NCBI GenBank assembly: GCA_973895155.1
Contig: OZ316895.1
Coordinates: 18,898,508 to 18,962,507 of the forward strand
DNA from: Marsupella aquatica
Lineage: Eukaryota; Plantae; Marchantiophyta
Reading direction: 5' to 3'
Length of the DNA stretch: 64,000 nucleotides
The position numbers were made by a program, and so were the translations under genes. The notes under the pieces were generated by a model, which worked only from the letters and a program-made list of their open reading frames with translations, ran no database searches and was not told the origin of the DNA. Positions 1-12,546 of the stretch are shown here, one piece after another; position 1 is the first letter of the stretch, and every line of letters starts with the position of its first letter.

Positions 1-425
1 ATGGAAGAATTCAAAGGTGTCTGGAAGAACGGGATGCAAAAAGGGTTTTACAAACAATGCACGGGGAGGAGGCCATTATTCTCCAACCACGCAGCTAGCA
101 AGGTTTTAGATGGTGGTGACTGGTGTCCAACTTTGCATAAGGACGTCCGTTGCATTCAATTTTACCTCTTGCACCTTTGAGACATGGGGGATTGATTTCA
201 TTAAACCTCTTCTCCGAAAAATATTAAGTATATCATATTGACCACTGATAATGCAACAAAGTGGGTTGAAGCCCGACCAACTACTAAGGATTATGCTATC
301 ACCACTGCCCAATTTCTGTATGAGCAAATATTTACCTGGCATGGACCACCGTTGGAGCTAGTAAGCAACCAAGAGGCCCATTTTCTGATTGATATCATAT
401 ACCGACTAAATGAGCAGTGCTGCAA
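1..425 (+). pseudogene. Ty3/gypsy integrase fragment, degenerate
   Basis: WWPTLHKDV followed by FETWGIDFI..YII..TD.ATKWVEA.P...TA.FLYEQIF..HG.P.ELVS.Q..HF, a retroviral-type integrase core with the second catalytic D lost. Truncated at both sides. Confidence 0.85.
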
Positions 426-954
426 CCCATAGGTTAAATCAGTCTACCTTAGATTAGATCTAACCCACGGCGGTTATACCACTAACCACCTTAGTAACTA
501 CCTTGTGTATAAAGTGTTCACTAAGTAAAGAGATGGGAGTTATTGTGATGTTGAACACGTTATCGGCACGAAGGTGCTTGACAATTTTTCCCCCTCTCGA
601 ATGAGCGAAGATTGATTTCCAGGTGGGAGAAGAACACAGCCAGACTGCATCGGGCTTCCATGTATTCTTGGGGATTTTTCTTACTCCACTGATTCCTAAT
701 TCAATCAAATAGGCCCACTAGATCAACCCCTGATCCCATCTCGATAGCCAGCAGTACGAAGCGCAACTCAATCAATTTGACCACGATCTCCAAACAATTC
801 ATATAGAAATCTGACATCACCAAATCCCTCACCAACATTGCTCACTTTATTACCACCAAGAGTAGAACGATTCCACATAAAATTACAATCCAAAATTCAA
901 TTCAGTTTAAACATCACCGCTGAGCAAGATATCCCATAACCGATTATCTCCAAC

Positions 955-1380
955 ATGACAACGAGCACAATAGAGAAATTACATTTCCAAGCTCTCTCTA
1001 TTGATGGTTCCAATTAATTGTCATGGACTATCGATGCCGAGGCCCACCTCACATCTAAGAACCTACAAGATACTATTCTCATTGACAACGGCCCTACACT
1101 CCAACAGAAGGCCCAGGCCCTGATCTTCATCCGGCACCACCTCGCTGATTCATTGAAGAGACAGTACATGAATGAGTACAACCCCTGGGTACTCTGGGAT
1201 GAGCTCCACGCTAGATTCGACCATACTCGCACAATCTTCTTGCCGATAGCGAGGCATGACTGGGTCAACCTCCGGGTATAGGACCACAAAACAATTGCCA
1301 AATACAATAGCAAATTATTTTGCATTGTATCACAACTCGCCATATGCGGCCCCCGAGTTGGAGAAGAACAAATCAAAAAG
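955..1380 (+). pseudogene. Ty1/copia (Bianca-like) gag N-terminal fragment
   Basis: M...FQALSIDGSN*LSWTIDAEAHL...KAQALIFIRHHL..SLK.QYMNEY.P..LW..L..RFDH...A..DW.NLR resembles Bianca-type gag. It has in-frame stops. Confidence 0.8.
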
Positions 1381-1789
1381 ATGTCAACATTTCATTCAAC
1401 AAATTTGGTAATATCCACTCAATACCAAAATATGAGATTTACAACCTATTCAAAGTTAATTGCACATATGTTGCTTGCATAAAAACACCAAATCCTGCTA
1501 TTACAAAATACTCAATAGAGACCCCCCAACACCCTCCCACCACAAGTAAATCCAGAAACTCACTTCAACACAATGAGGAGGGGATCTGCAAATTCATCCC
1601 TATTAAATTATGAAATATACATACACCAACAAAAGATGATTGAATTTCTCTTAAGCCAATGTGGCTTATCTTATATTGTACATTGGGGTAGTTGTAACTA
1701 CCCTCTCCTAGTCTTGTGTCTCTTTATATCTAGGTATTGCATACCTCTTTGTATCATCATATGGACTAAGGGTTAAATATATTCTAACA

Positions 1790-1798
1790 CTCCCCCTT
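1790..1798 (-). promoter_or_regulatory. Polypurine tract of the minus-strand copia element; the 3' LTR begins with TG at 1789 and runs leftwards
   Basis: Minus strand reads AAGGGGGAG|TGTTAGAAT about 300 bp downstream of the RNase H stop. Confidence 0.75.
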
Positions 1799-2089
1799 GG
1801 TTACTTTATGTTTCTTAAAGTAACCATTTTGGAAATAAATTTAAGCCTAGTTCTGAGTATAATGGAAAAACTCATTGGGGTATGACCTAATTAAAAACCC
1901 CCCGCTTTCTTCTGGGGTAAAAAGAGTGTCACTACCTTACATGTAATGAGTCAAAAATAGTAAGAAAGGAGTGTAATCATGTATGGCTGAATCGAAATGA
2001 GTGTTCGATAGGACGTGTCAAAATGTTCGAGTATGGAGAACATACGTTCAGTAGAATATGCATAGAATAGAGGAGGTATCATGGGGAAG

Positions 2090-4051
2090 TCAGATTTCAG
2101 TGAAGTCCGATAATCTACGGAGGCCTATTCCAGTCGAATGCGCTTCGTGGAGAATGCGAGGTAAGGGCTTTGTAAAAAGGTCAGCGCGATTATCTTTAGA
2201 AGGTATCCATTGAACATTGATTTGGTCCCCGTGCTGTTCATGCATGTGGAAAAATTTGGGGGCAATATGTTTGATTCGGTCGCCCTTGATAAAGCCCTTA
2301 ATGATCTGATCAACACAAGGCTTGTTATCCTCGTAGATGATAGTAGGCTTGGTAAGAATTGCATGGCCTATAGACGACTGGATGTGATTGATAAGCTGTC
2401 GAAGCCACAGGCATTCTCGGCTGGCTTCGTATAGTGCTATGATTTCCGCGTGGTTGGAGGATGTGGTTGTCAAAGTCTGCTTGGTACTTTTCCAGGATAT
2501 GGCTGTATGTCCTTGTAGAAATACATATCCCGTCTGGGATTTCGCATCATCGGGGTCTATAAGGTAACCTGCATCTGCGTAACCAATCAATTCGTTAGGC
2601 ACATCTTTAGGGTAATAGAGGCCAGTGTCGATTGTACCTTGAAGGTAGCGCAGTATCCTCTTAATGCCATTCCAATGTCTAATAGTTGGTTGGGAGCTGT
2701 GGCGGGCAAGCAAGTGAACAGTGAAAGAGATGTCTGGGCGAGTTTGATTCGCCAGGTACATCAAGGCTCCTATAGCAGAGAGGTAAGGTTTCTCTGGGCC
2801 CAAGATTGGTTCATGTTCGGTCCTGCGCTTACACAGATCTCTGGATGTGTCTGAAGATCGAATTTCCATAGGTGTCGTGACTGGATAGCTTTTGTCCATG
2901 TTGAATTGTTTTAATAGTTTTCTAGTATATGTAGATTGATGAATAAGAATACCGCTGGATAAATGTTCGAATTGAATGCCAATACAAAATAGAGGTTGAC
3001 CAATATCCTTCATTTCGAATATGCTCTTAAGTGTGGTAATGGTTTGATCCATAATGAGTTTAGTACCCATTAGGTTAATGTCGTCGACATATATTGCTAT
3101 AATTATAAACTCAGTGCCATCTCTTTTGATAAAAAGGCAAGGAGCAATGTCCTCATTCACGAAACCAAGTGCAAGCATCTCAGCACGGAAACGCTTATAC
3201 CAGATGCGGCCACTTTGCTTTAAACCATAGAGTGACCTAAGAACCTGTACAGCAAATGCTTTCTCTGGTTTCTTGGCTTTATTAATTATGTGGTGAACAG
3301 GATTTACCTCAGCGAGTAAGTTAGTATAATTCAATGGTGAATCCGCTGACTGTTCACCATTAGCAATTTGCTGGGCCTTTTTATGTTGGACCGCTGATGA
3401 GTCATGTATTTCAGCAGGTATCATCTGGCCTGAGTGAATGAGGTGGTCCTTAAAGTCCTGTGTAGGGACAATTTTATCAATACCCGACTTTAGGTCCGGG
3501 GTTGGGGAGGTTGTATGCTCCCCCTTAATGTGGAAAATTACCCTTTGAATTAATTCAGGTGGAGCTTGCATTTGTATGTCAGTATCAAGTATACCGTAAA
3601 GGTCAGCAATTATCACGTCCATAAGATGCATACGAATTTGATGTGTGAGGGCAAAAGCAATTAGATATCGGTAGGTAATGGAGTCCATGACCGGTGAATG
3701 AGTAAGGTCATAATCTTTGCCATATATTTGTGTGTAGCCTCTAGCCACAAGTCTGGCTTTGTAGCGGATTACTTCATCTACGGCATTATGTTTGCGTATC
3801 AATATAATCCTATACCCAGTTAGGTGTTGTGTAGCAGGGACGACTCGGAGTTCTCCAAAAACTTGGCGAGATATCAGAGAATCAAGCTCGGAGTTAATAG
3901 CAGAGTTCCATTTGGGCCAGTCTGGTCGTTGTTGTGCTTCTTTAATTGTCCGAGGGTCTGGTAAATCTTTAGTTATATCCTGGGATATAAGGAAAGCAAA
4001 ATGCTCATCTGGTTCAGTTAAATTTCGATGCCATAAATGTCCAGTATGCAT
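2090..4051 (-). CDS. Ty1/copia (Bianca-like) pol: reverse transcriptase plus RNase H
   Basis: Open 653-aa frame with RYKARLVARG, LYGLKQSGRIW, IYVDD, YLANQTRPDI, GYADA, SQTGY, YEDN, KHIAPKFF and ADLFTK. Confidence 0.95.
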   Translation of the reverse strand: MHTGHLWHRNLTEPDEHFAFLISQDITKDLPDPRTIKEAQQRPDWPKWNSAINSELDSLISRQVFGELRVVPATQHLTGYRIILIRKHNAVDEVIRYKARLVARGYTQIYGKDYDLTHSPVMDSITYRYLIAFALTHQIRMHLMDVIIADLYGILDTDIQMQAPPELIQRVIFHIKGEHTTSPTPDLKSGIDKIVPTQDFKDHLIHSGQMIPAEIHDSSAVQHKKAQQIANGEQSADSPLNYTNLLAEVNPVHHIINKAKKPEKAFAVQVLRSLYGLKQSGRIWYKRFRAEMLALGFVNEDIAPCLFIKRDGTEFIIIAIYVDDINLMGTKLIMDQTITTLKSIFEMKDIGQPLFCIGIQFEHLSSGILIHQSTYTRKLLKQFNMDKSYPVTTPMEIRSSDTSRDLCKRRTEHEPILGPEKPYLSAIGALMYLANQTRPDISFTVHLLARHSSQPTIRHWNGIKRILRYLQGTIDTGLYYPKDVPNELIGYADAGYLIDPDDAKSQTGYVFLQGHTAISWKSTKQTLTTTSSNHAEIIALYEASRECLWLRQLINHIQSSIGHAILTKPTIIYEDNKPCVDQIIKGFIKGDRIKHIAPKFFHMHEQHGDQINVQWIPSKDNRADLFTKPLPRILHEAHSTGIGLRRLSDFTEI

Positions 4052-4584
4052 ATAGTGGATGGATATTTCTTCATTCTCATCCTGTATGATTGGCGGTAAT
4101 TGTAAGGATAAATGTGTTGATACAAGTGTCTTCTGTCGTGGTCTGGAGTCTTTGGAACCTGAAGGTCTGCCTCGCTTAGCCTTGGGAGTGAGGTCTGTGG
4201 CTCAAGTATCTGGTATATGAATTCTCGCAGGAGTATTGGCTGCATCTATATGTGATTTCGTTACATTTGTAGCATCATTAAATGCGTCAGGTATTTTCTC
4301 CATAATTTGATGGAGATTCAGAATGCGTTGCACTTCATCGTTTGTCAATTGAGTACGAGGATCATTCCAGAATGGATCCTTTGTTGTCCATTCTAATGTG
4401 TGTGTTGAGACAGGCTGTTTGGAGAGTTGTGCTGGAGTTCGAAGTGGTGGGAAGATTTCTTCACAGAATTTACAGTCCTGGTATCGAGCTCGAAACACAT
4501 CAGCAGTGGTGGGTTCAAGATACCTTATTATCGAGGGAGAGTCGTAGCCAACATAGATGCCACATCGACGCTGTGGTTCTAGAG
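4052..4584 (-). pseudogene. Copia pol integrase C-terminal/linker region, cut at 4584 by an insertion
   Basis: RRCGIYVGYDSPSIIRYLEP..DVF.ARY.DC.F.E..FP and DPRT...EVQRI..PDAFND..VTKSHI.AAN.PARI, typical of Bianca pol. Confidence 0.85.
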
Positions 4585-5520
4585 TGTAATTCACCCCTCT
4601 TAAGCTAAGCACAACACTCATCAAGGCAGAAGACTGATCCAAGTACATAATCCTAGCTTGGGTTTGCTGCTTCCCTGTGCTCCACCTCAACGACAGGCTC
4701 AGTCAGCCTTGACAGCCCAAGTCGCAATGGGAAGGATACAAAGATTGCTTGACTCCGGAATCAGGTTGGTAACTTGCAGGGTCAAGAGTCCACCTGGAAA
4801 AAGGACGTAGAGGAAGCTGCTGCCCGGGCCTAGAGGGGCGGAGCCAAGATACATCAATGTCCTCATGCCGGAGGTTAGCGACTTGAGGGAGAGGCCAAGG
4901 CCAACTAATGGACAAGTTGACCAACAACATCAGCAGGTTAGAAGAGGCATACCAGGATGCAGCAAAGGAGGTTGTCATGGCAAAGCAGGAGTTTCACTCA
5001 GACTTGAATGACCAGATCCCACATCTGAAGAAGGACAATGATTATTTGCGTGGTCAGCGGGACAGGCAGTCCAGTCTGGTAAGGGTGGGGCCAGCAAGCG
5101 TGCCAAGCATTAGGAGGTGCGATCAGTAGAGGGTAGGTAGAAGTAGTGGCGTCCATAAGACAGTAGCCGACATTGGTTAGCAACACTATTTTATCAGGCT
5201 GGCGTTATCTTTAGGACTTAGTTGGGAATCTAGACTGAGGCACACTGTTAGGACCATGACACTTAGGCTAGGGTTAGCCTTATCACCACTGGCTCAGGCC
5301 ACGAATCTTAGTTGATACTTAGTGCACCCCCACATAGAGGCAGGGGGAAGACTTTAGTTTTAGACTTGGGAATCCGTCGGATGTGTAGGGAGTCTTGGCC
5401 TTTGTAAATAGAGCGCACCAAGGGGTGGATGTACAATTAAGCTTGTTGGTCTAGTGCGTAGGGCTCCGGGCTCTGTTGTAGTGAGCTGTCCACCGTCACT
5501 GGGTCTGTTGATTCTGTTGA
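4585..5520. mobile_element. LTR-retroelement-derived insertion with a coiled-coil ORF remnant
   Basis: Starts TGTAAT exactly where copia homology stops. ORF 4908-5129 (DYLRGQRDR) resembles 45316-45420 (DRLRRQRDS). Right boundary is approximate. Confidence 0.45.
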
Positions 5521-5589
5521 AGTTGAGACAATCCTGTGTATGCATATGATGGGTCCTAAAGTAAAGCCTTTACCCTACCATTTTCTTTG

Positions 5590-5800
5590 TGTAAATCATT
5601 GAATGTTATGGGCTTTGATGGTCAGAGTCATGTCATGGTTAATGTCTTGTATGCAGGAGTAAGACGCTTGGCTAAGCCCACTATCCAAACGTCGCACGGG
5701 GTGCAAGTTGCAAGTAGTGGCAGCAAGCATGGGTTGATGCGCACATCATCAAAGCCAAATTGGAGAAGTGTTGTACAAAAGGCTTAAAGTCCTTAAGTCG
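5590..5800 (-). pseudogene. Possible second, highly decayed copia RT fragment
   Basis: Minus-strand AFCTTLLQFGFDDVRINPCLL aligns loosely with RFRAEMLALGFVNEDIAPCLF of the 2090-4051 RT. Confidence 0.35.
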
Positions 5801-5949
5801 GGGTTGATAACGGCTATCGACTATGGATATGTTCCAACGGTGGAACACAAAGCATACCTAAGTACTTAGCATTAGTTTATTTAAATAGACATAGACAATA
5901 CTTCCCTCCTTGCTCAAACCTCAATACTAACAAAGTTTATGTTGCATTT

Positions 5950-6290
5950 AAGGTGAAATCCGCTTAAGGACTAACATTTTGGTATGACACTGCTTTTGTG
6001 GCCATGGAAAGCCATGTAGTTTGTTATGTGGAGTGCTTGCTTGAGAAGCAAGCTTTTGGCTGTTATGATTTGGTCTTCTGGCTGAACTCCCTATTGAGAG
6101 TTGTCGCTTTTTGCGTTTGCAGTGTGCCTGTTGGTGTACCCCCTGCCATGGGGTTTTCATGGCTCCCATATTATTAAACCCAAAAAACTAATTCAAGGAA
6201 AATTGAATTAAAGTACCCCTGATGTTATTCTGCAAAAATTTCTAAGTCTTTCACTCAATCCAATAAAATGACCCTATACTTATTTGTGTA
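5950..6290 (+). mobile_element. LINE 3'-end remnant
   Basis: 6232-6281 (caaaaatttctaagtctt...caataaaatgaccctatact) matches 32285-32333 at the end of the big LINE. It also shares the GGGTT-loop hairpin. Confidence 0.7.
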
Positions 6291-9200
6291 TGATGGGTCA
6301 AAAGAAAAGAAGTAAGGAACCAGGGGGTAAGCTTTGTCACGCCTGGTCATTGTTGCCCAGGGCTGTTCAGGCCCCTTTTCCAGATTTCGTGGGGGTGATC
6401 TTAGACAGTCCACATCATGTTTTGGAGGTGATTTTTGACCGCATTCACCAACACGGCCTTTCTAGCATGCCCTAATGGACCTCCAATACCCTAATGGACC
6501 TCTAGACTTGGTTTGGGCTCATCTACTCTCTTGTGTGGAGCTAGTTCTGGAGGTTGGCTTGAAGCCAGTTCTTGGTGGAGCTCCGTCATCTTTACCATGT
6601 CTTTGCACCTTTGCTTGGGACTCCCTTACCCCTATCTCTTGGCCAACCCACTTGTGTTGTTGGGGCATCAATGGACCTGGTGGGAGTTCATTTTCTCAGT
6701 TGTGGCCACATGAGTGAGCGGAAGCGACTCACAACAACATTTGGGATGTGATGGAGGCCATTGCCCTTGACTATGGAGCAACGCTATGCTTCCCCCCTCA
6801 GGCTGATCTGGTCCTTTCTCCCTGCCTTTCTCGGGCGGGGATTTGTGCCATTGACAATGTGGTGGTTGCCAATTCCACTGGTGGGAGCCATGTTGGGATC
6901 TCCACCCATGCTTCAACCAAGGCAGAGCTTAAGGAGTAGCCTTCTCATCCTGTTTCCCTAGGGATCTATTCTACCCTTTTGCTCTTGAGATCTTTGAGGC
7001 TCTCCACCCAGTTTTGGTCCTCACTGCCTTCTTTATGCAAAGGGTGATATAGTGCACTTCAGCGGGCCCAGGCTTTCACCATGATTCTTTGTAGGTCCGA
7101 GGTTGTAGGTTAAAGGGCTTCTTGACACTCAAATCCCTTTTCATGACCCTCCTATGTGGTTTTTACTCTGGAGATTTACCAGGCTTTTCAGTTTTCCATC
7201 GAGTAGGGTTTTTTCCTTCTCTGTTGATTTGTAAGCTTTGTGTTCTATGTAGTTTGTTTGAGGTTGGAGGACTTGTGGGGTCTCTTTGGATCCCTTGTGG
7301 TCTCTCCCTTTTTGTCGCCCCCCCCCTTTTTATGGGGTCTTTTGCCTTTGGGATAGTGTCTCCTGGCTTGGTATTTTTATTTTTTGACAGATATACATTA
7401 TACTTATGTATGTATATGGTGGATATGTTTGCCCTTGGCCTAAACCGGGAGCTTTAGATAAGAGTCTGTTTTCAACAGCAGAAAATGCTAATTTTTAAAT
7501 TGTTTTGAGTAAGACCGGGCATGACAGTGTGGGTACGGGAAGTCCTAATGCACACGCATTTGGGCTGGTGTGTCGTTATTAGTTAGCTTGGAAAAATGTA
7601 CATTGCTCATATGACAAATGGGCACTGAGATACAAGAGTAAACTTGGCTATTATACTCGGACATTTGCACAGCGGCCCAGCTTTCTCCGCAAAAAGAAAC
7701 TCCTGCACTCCTCAGTCCCGCTTGTTTCGGCAGTGACAGTTTTCTTGAATTGCAGTGGATACACGACAATATTATTTTGTCCATGAACGGACAAGGCAAG
7801 ACGTAGACCTGACAGCAAGTCCCAGAATGACCGTACGACTGTGACCCCTCCATCGTGACACGGAACATCTCCACCTCCCGTTGCCCAGATTTTTTTGTCG
7901 TATTATGTCGGTTCGGAATGCCGGACATGGAGGCTCGGCACATACGTAGTAGGGAAGGTAAAATAAGTTCACAAAGCGGACCGGGACAAAGTGATATGAT
8001 ATTACATTATAGTAATAATTAAGATAATTATAGTGCTGTTATCCTGAACGGACATGGCTAATAACAGTGGCGTGTGCTCTGAGCAATCAGTCTTTGAAAT
8101 GAGCTGAACTTCCTTTTCCCGACTTGTTGGTTCTTTCTTCCTCTTCTCCCGCCGGCCGGGAATTGTTGAGACAAACAACTTCGTGGCCACTAGTGGCTGG
8201 GCGTAGGATAGGACAGGAATGGTCGAATGCAATAGGAGGTCTTTATTAGAGAATTATGGCGTAGCGTGGCATAGGTAGGGTTCCGTTTTATCGTAGATTT
8301 TCAGATTAGGTTGAGTTGAATAGTTGAGTAGAATATAGTACAATGTAATGTAAAAACAGGGGAGCGATAGAGCGAGGGCTGGAGTAGGCTGCGGAAGCGT
8401 GGGGAACCAGGAGTCGAGGCTCGCTGACCCGCCACGTTTGCTCTTGCAAGCGTATTGGAGAGTGACTATTCAACAAAATACCAGTTCATGTTCCCTGATC
8501 ACATTTTACATCTTATTGTACACGTACGTATGAACACATACTAGATGCTGTTGCTGTTGACGACTCCCTCACAGTTCGACGACCCGCCTGCATCATCAAT
8601 GATTCAATGACCAAAGTATGCCTTCGCTTAAAATATTAATAACAGACCCAAAAAGTTGAATAAAAAATCGATATAAAAAATTGTTAAATACACGCAGCAC
8701 ACAATCATGTAATTTAGATATGCCAGGATTTCATCAGTAAAATCTTAGAATTAAAAACCAAAATTTGACATCCCTACAAGGAGTATTCACACTAGAGGTA
8801 ATGAGCCACTCTTCCCTAGACTGTGATTTACGGTCCAGACTCTTCCCTGGAATGTTCATATAGTTCCTTGCCCAAGTCATAAAAGTGTGTCTAATACCCA
8901 CTTTTGGGTGGGTATTGGTGTAAAACATTCTCACCCATGGTGGGTTTTGAACTCATAACCTCCACCATCCCACTCAGCTTGCACTATTACAAAACCCTCA
9001 ACTTGCTGTTGAGAATAAAGCATCCATTTTTGGTATTTATTTTAATAGTAAGTATCCGGCCTGGGCAACATCCGGCGTACATTGGGTACAAAGAGTCATT
9101 AATGACTTTCAAGGGACAGTAACCCTGAATGGTGTGTCTCAGGGAGCTTAATTTTCTGGTCTTTGTCTCTACACATTGGAAGATATCACCTTGTGAGAAG

Positions 9201-11817
9201 TAAAAGATGTGAGTATATTGTTTACATACTATCCTGGATCAATTGATGACCATTAGATCTCCCTAGATTTAAGATTGATAACTAGATCTTGATTATGAGA
9301 TTTGTAGCCAAGTGACAAATTGGCTAAGCTAACAATTTACTCCAAAACTAAATGTAGAACATTTATTAGAGAGTGGAATCTAACAAATTTTAGCCACTAA
9401 AAATAGGTGCATTTTGAAGAATAAAGTCTTGTTTCCCACGGTTAGCCGTGCGGTAAAATCTTTTCGTTAAAGGCAGAACCCATATACGATTGTGAGGGAA
9501 ACACCATTACTCATCCGGTTCTTTTCCTCCACTGCTATACAATAATATTGTGTTGTACGAGGTCAAAGTAAAAACCCGTACCGTTAAGCAAAATTGCATG
9601 ATATGACTAGGCATGAAACGTTGGTTTGACTAGGATAACACCAGGTTGACTTGATTGAAAGAACATCTCGATCCCATCTAAGCTCAAAGATTTGGTAAGG
9701 GATACATTCCAACTTAGAGCATCTGAAGCGCACCATTTTGGCAATTTGCATACGCCAAAGAGAGCAACTGGATGTAATAAATAAATAAATAAATTGACTT
9801 GACTAGTGTGCACCCGCATCGATAGACACATGCGGCCTTGTGTTTGCTTTCTGAGGCCTCTATTTCTCAGCTACTGTAGATAGCACCCTGCCAAATAATT
9901 ACTCCATTTCATCCCCAGACACATCGATGGACCAAATGTTGGTCATGCATCACCACAGATCTTAAATAGATGTATATGGACCTAAATTCTCTTCTGGCAT
10001 CATAGAGGCCCGCATTGAGGAAGAAATTGCAGCAACCATGTAGATAGAAGCGCTACAAGCAAGTATACTGAATTATTTTGACAGGTTCTTGTAAATCAAA
10101 GTTTTCTTTGCATACATTTTGACAATCATGCACTAAAGTACTTGGCATTCAAACTCAACACGATTTATCTTTTGGCGCCATAGATGAAATGTCGAGCACG
10201 TCAAGAATTTTGAAATGAATGTAACATCGAGCTCAATAAAGTGCACAATGTTGAGACACAAAGTGCATCATGTGAAGGATTAATTTCATTGCATGGGAGT
10301 TGATAACATAGGATTCAGACCTTCTTTGGCCAGGTTCAAACGTGCGTGGTATGAGTATAGGGACCAGAGTTGAAGGAACAGATGGGGAAATTTTAAAACT
10401 TTGGGGCAACAATTTTTGGGTGATCGCCAACCAACATATTGCCAAAATGTGGGATGAGGACAAGGCCAGCAAACCGCTGCCCGCTGGAGATGCTCCTATG
10501 ACTCACTTTAATTGTGAGATCTTAATAATAGAGATTGTATAAAGTGGACGGATACAAAGGAAGAACACTAAAATATCACTTTTTATTCAAATTAGACATT
10601 TCTCTTCCTTCTAAATGCTCAATTCTTGCGGTTCCATAGAGTACTCGGTCCATACAAAATACTGACATCAATGTTGTGATTATGATATCAGTTTTCCCTA
10701 TAATTAGAACAAATTCTGCACATTGGTATATGGGGAAACCAATCTTACACTTTTATTTTCAAATTTTCTATGGAAATGTTCAACTACTTATGTGGTCTTG
10801 AGTAAGTGATTTACCAAGGGGATCTCCGTACCTCTCCTGGTCTCAAATAAGGAGAGAAATATATGTATTGTTTAGCCTCCACAGTGTTTGTAGTTGCAAC
10901 TGTCCACAACACATTTCAACACAAACTAATGCAATGTTTGTTGTTTATAAGCCACCTAAGTTTCAGTTTTCCCAAACATTGTATTTTATTAAGTGTTTTT
11001 CCAACTGAGTATCCTCAAAGCTCTAACAGGGAAGATGAACCCTGAACTGTTGAATAGCCTTCCCAGCAGAGTCTCTCCGCACCCCCCCACCCTCACCCAC
11101 AAGAAAACCACCAACTCCACCCAAAGCCAGGGATATTCCCTTAATTAGTTGCTACCATACAACTCGGGGGTCTCACTATATGGATGCCTCCCCATCACCT
11201 GCGACGTTTTTAGGCCTCGGATCCCCTAAAATGTAAGAAAAAAATAATTTTCAACCCCTATAAAGTTGGAATATTCTTGGAATATTCTAAAATTTGGTTA
11301 TATAATGCTAGGGGACTTTGGGCGGAGCTACGAGAACTGACGGCGCTGACGCTCTGTGGTAAAGTACTTGGGATTTTCTTTTTCGTGTTCCTTGATCGGG
11401 ACGTCTGGCAATGACTGAGGACTACAAGGGTGCTTCCGTTGCGGAAGTCGTTTATGAGATGATTAAGCTTTGCATCGCTAATTTCCTCCTCTGAGTGTTG
11501 AGTTATGTTCTCTTGATTAGGATTAGGGTTGATAACTTTCTCAAGCGTTCGTGGGACACGAGCAATACCGTGCTTCTATCTTGGGTGAGCGACTCTGCCG
11601 CTACTTTCTGGCCTTGATCCGCTCTCTAGTTTGGAGTGACAGTTCGGCTGTGCTGGTTTCCCACTTGAAGACCTGGAAAGTTACACTGTGCTTGTGGGAG
11701 CTTGTTTGAGCCCACAGCTTTTCTGGAACGACTGTTCAAACCTGCCTGGTGAGTTACTCTTTTGTTCCAATTGTTTTACAATTAATCTAACATTTCACTA
11801 ACTCTGGAGATTCTTTT

Positions 11818-11940
11818 GTCCAAAGTTGAAGAATGAAATTTCCAAAACATTCATTTCAAAAATCCAAAAACGTGATCTGAAATTTCCAAAACCCAAAATT
11901 GAAGTTTCCAAAAGCATACTTTTAAATTTCCAAAACCTAG
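11818..11940 (+). repeat. Degenerate ~21-bp-period array with TTCCAAAA core
   Basis: Five to six (t)tccaaaa units. The same kind of array lies at 25667-25800, just upstream of LINE ORF1. Confidence 0.7.
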
Positions 11941-12231
11941 TCCATTGGATGAATTACGAATTCAAAGGCAATGAAAAAAGTACTCCTTCAAATGAATGAC
12001 TGAAATTACTCTTTATAATAAATGAGGCACTAACGGTGGTGCCGTACATATATTTTGATATCCCTTCATGGGACTTCATTGTTGGGTTTTTTGCTAACTA
12101 CAACATCGTCTTCCGCTAAAGTGACTACAAAGTTGACTAGACAACTACACATATTTGACTAGACAGCTACACTAATCATATCAAGAATATCTGTGAACTA
12201 ACAAATGAAGGATAGCTTCGTCACATACACC

Positions 12232-12328
12232 TATTTCTCCTCCTTCCTAAACTCTGTCCATCTTCCAAAACCTCGTCACAGACACCCATTTCTCCTCCTT
12301 CCTAAATTCTGTCCATATTCCAAAACCC
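12232..12328 (+). repeat. ~40-bp imperfect direct repeat x2
   Basis: atttctcctccttcctaaa(c/t)tctgtccat(c/a)ttccaaaacc at 12232 and 12287. Confidence 0.85.
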
Positions 12329-12546
12329 CTGCCAAAGCCTCCCCTCTGCCGTTCCGCCATAGTCCAATTGTGTCCGCCTTCAAGCCAAAACAACTCCTCT
12401 TCTCCTCTCCTCTGCTATTGGGCCACACCGAAAGGAATGATTCCAGGGTTGCACATTGCCCTTTACCCCTCCCTCCAAATGGGGCTAATTCTAATCTATA
12501 TGAAACATATTCACTAAATTCTATCCGTAATCTGAAGTACTAAGTC

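Noticed and set aside
12026-12043. Helitron 3' hairpin (GGCAC...GTGCC)
   Set aside because: No CTRR terminus at the expected distance and no Rep/helicase motifs. Kept only as a possible transposon end.
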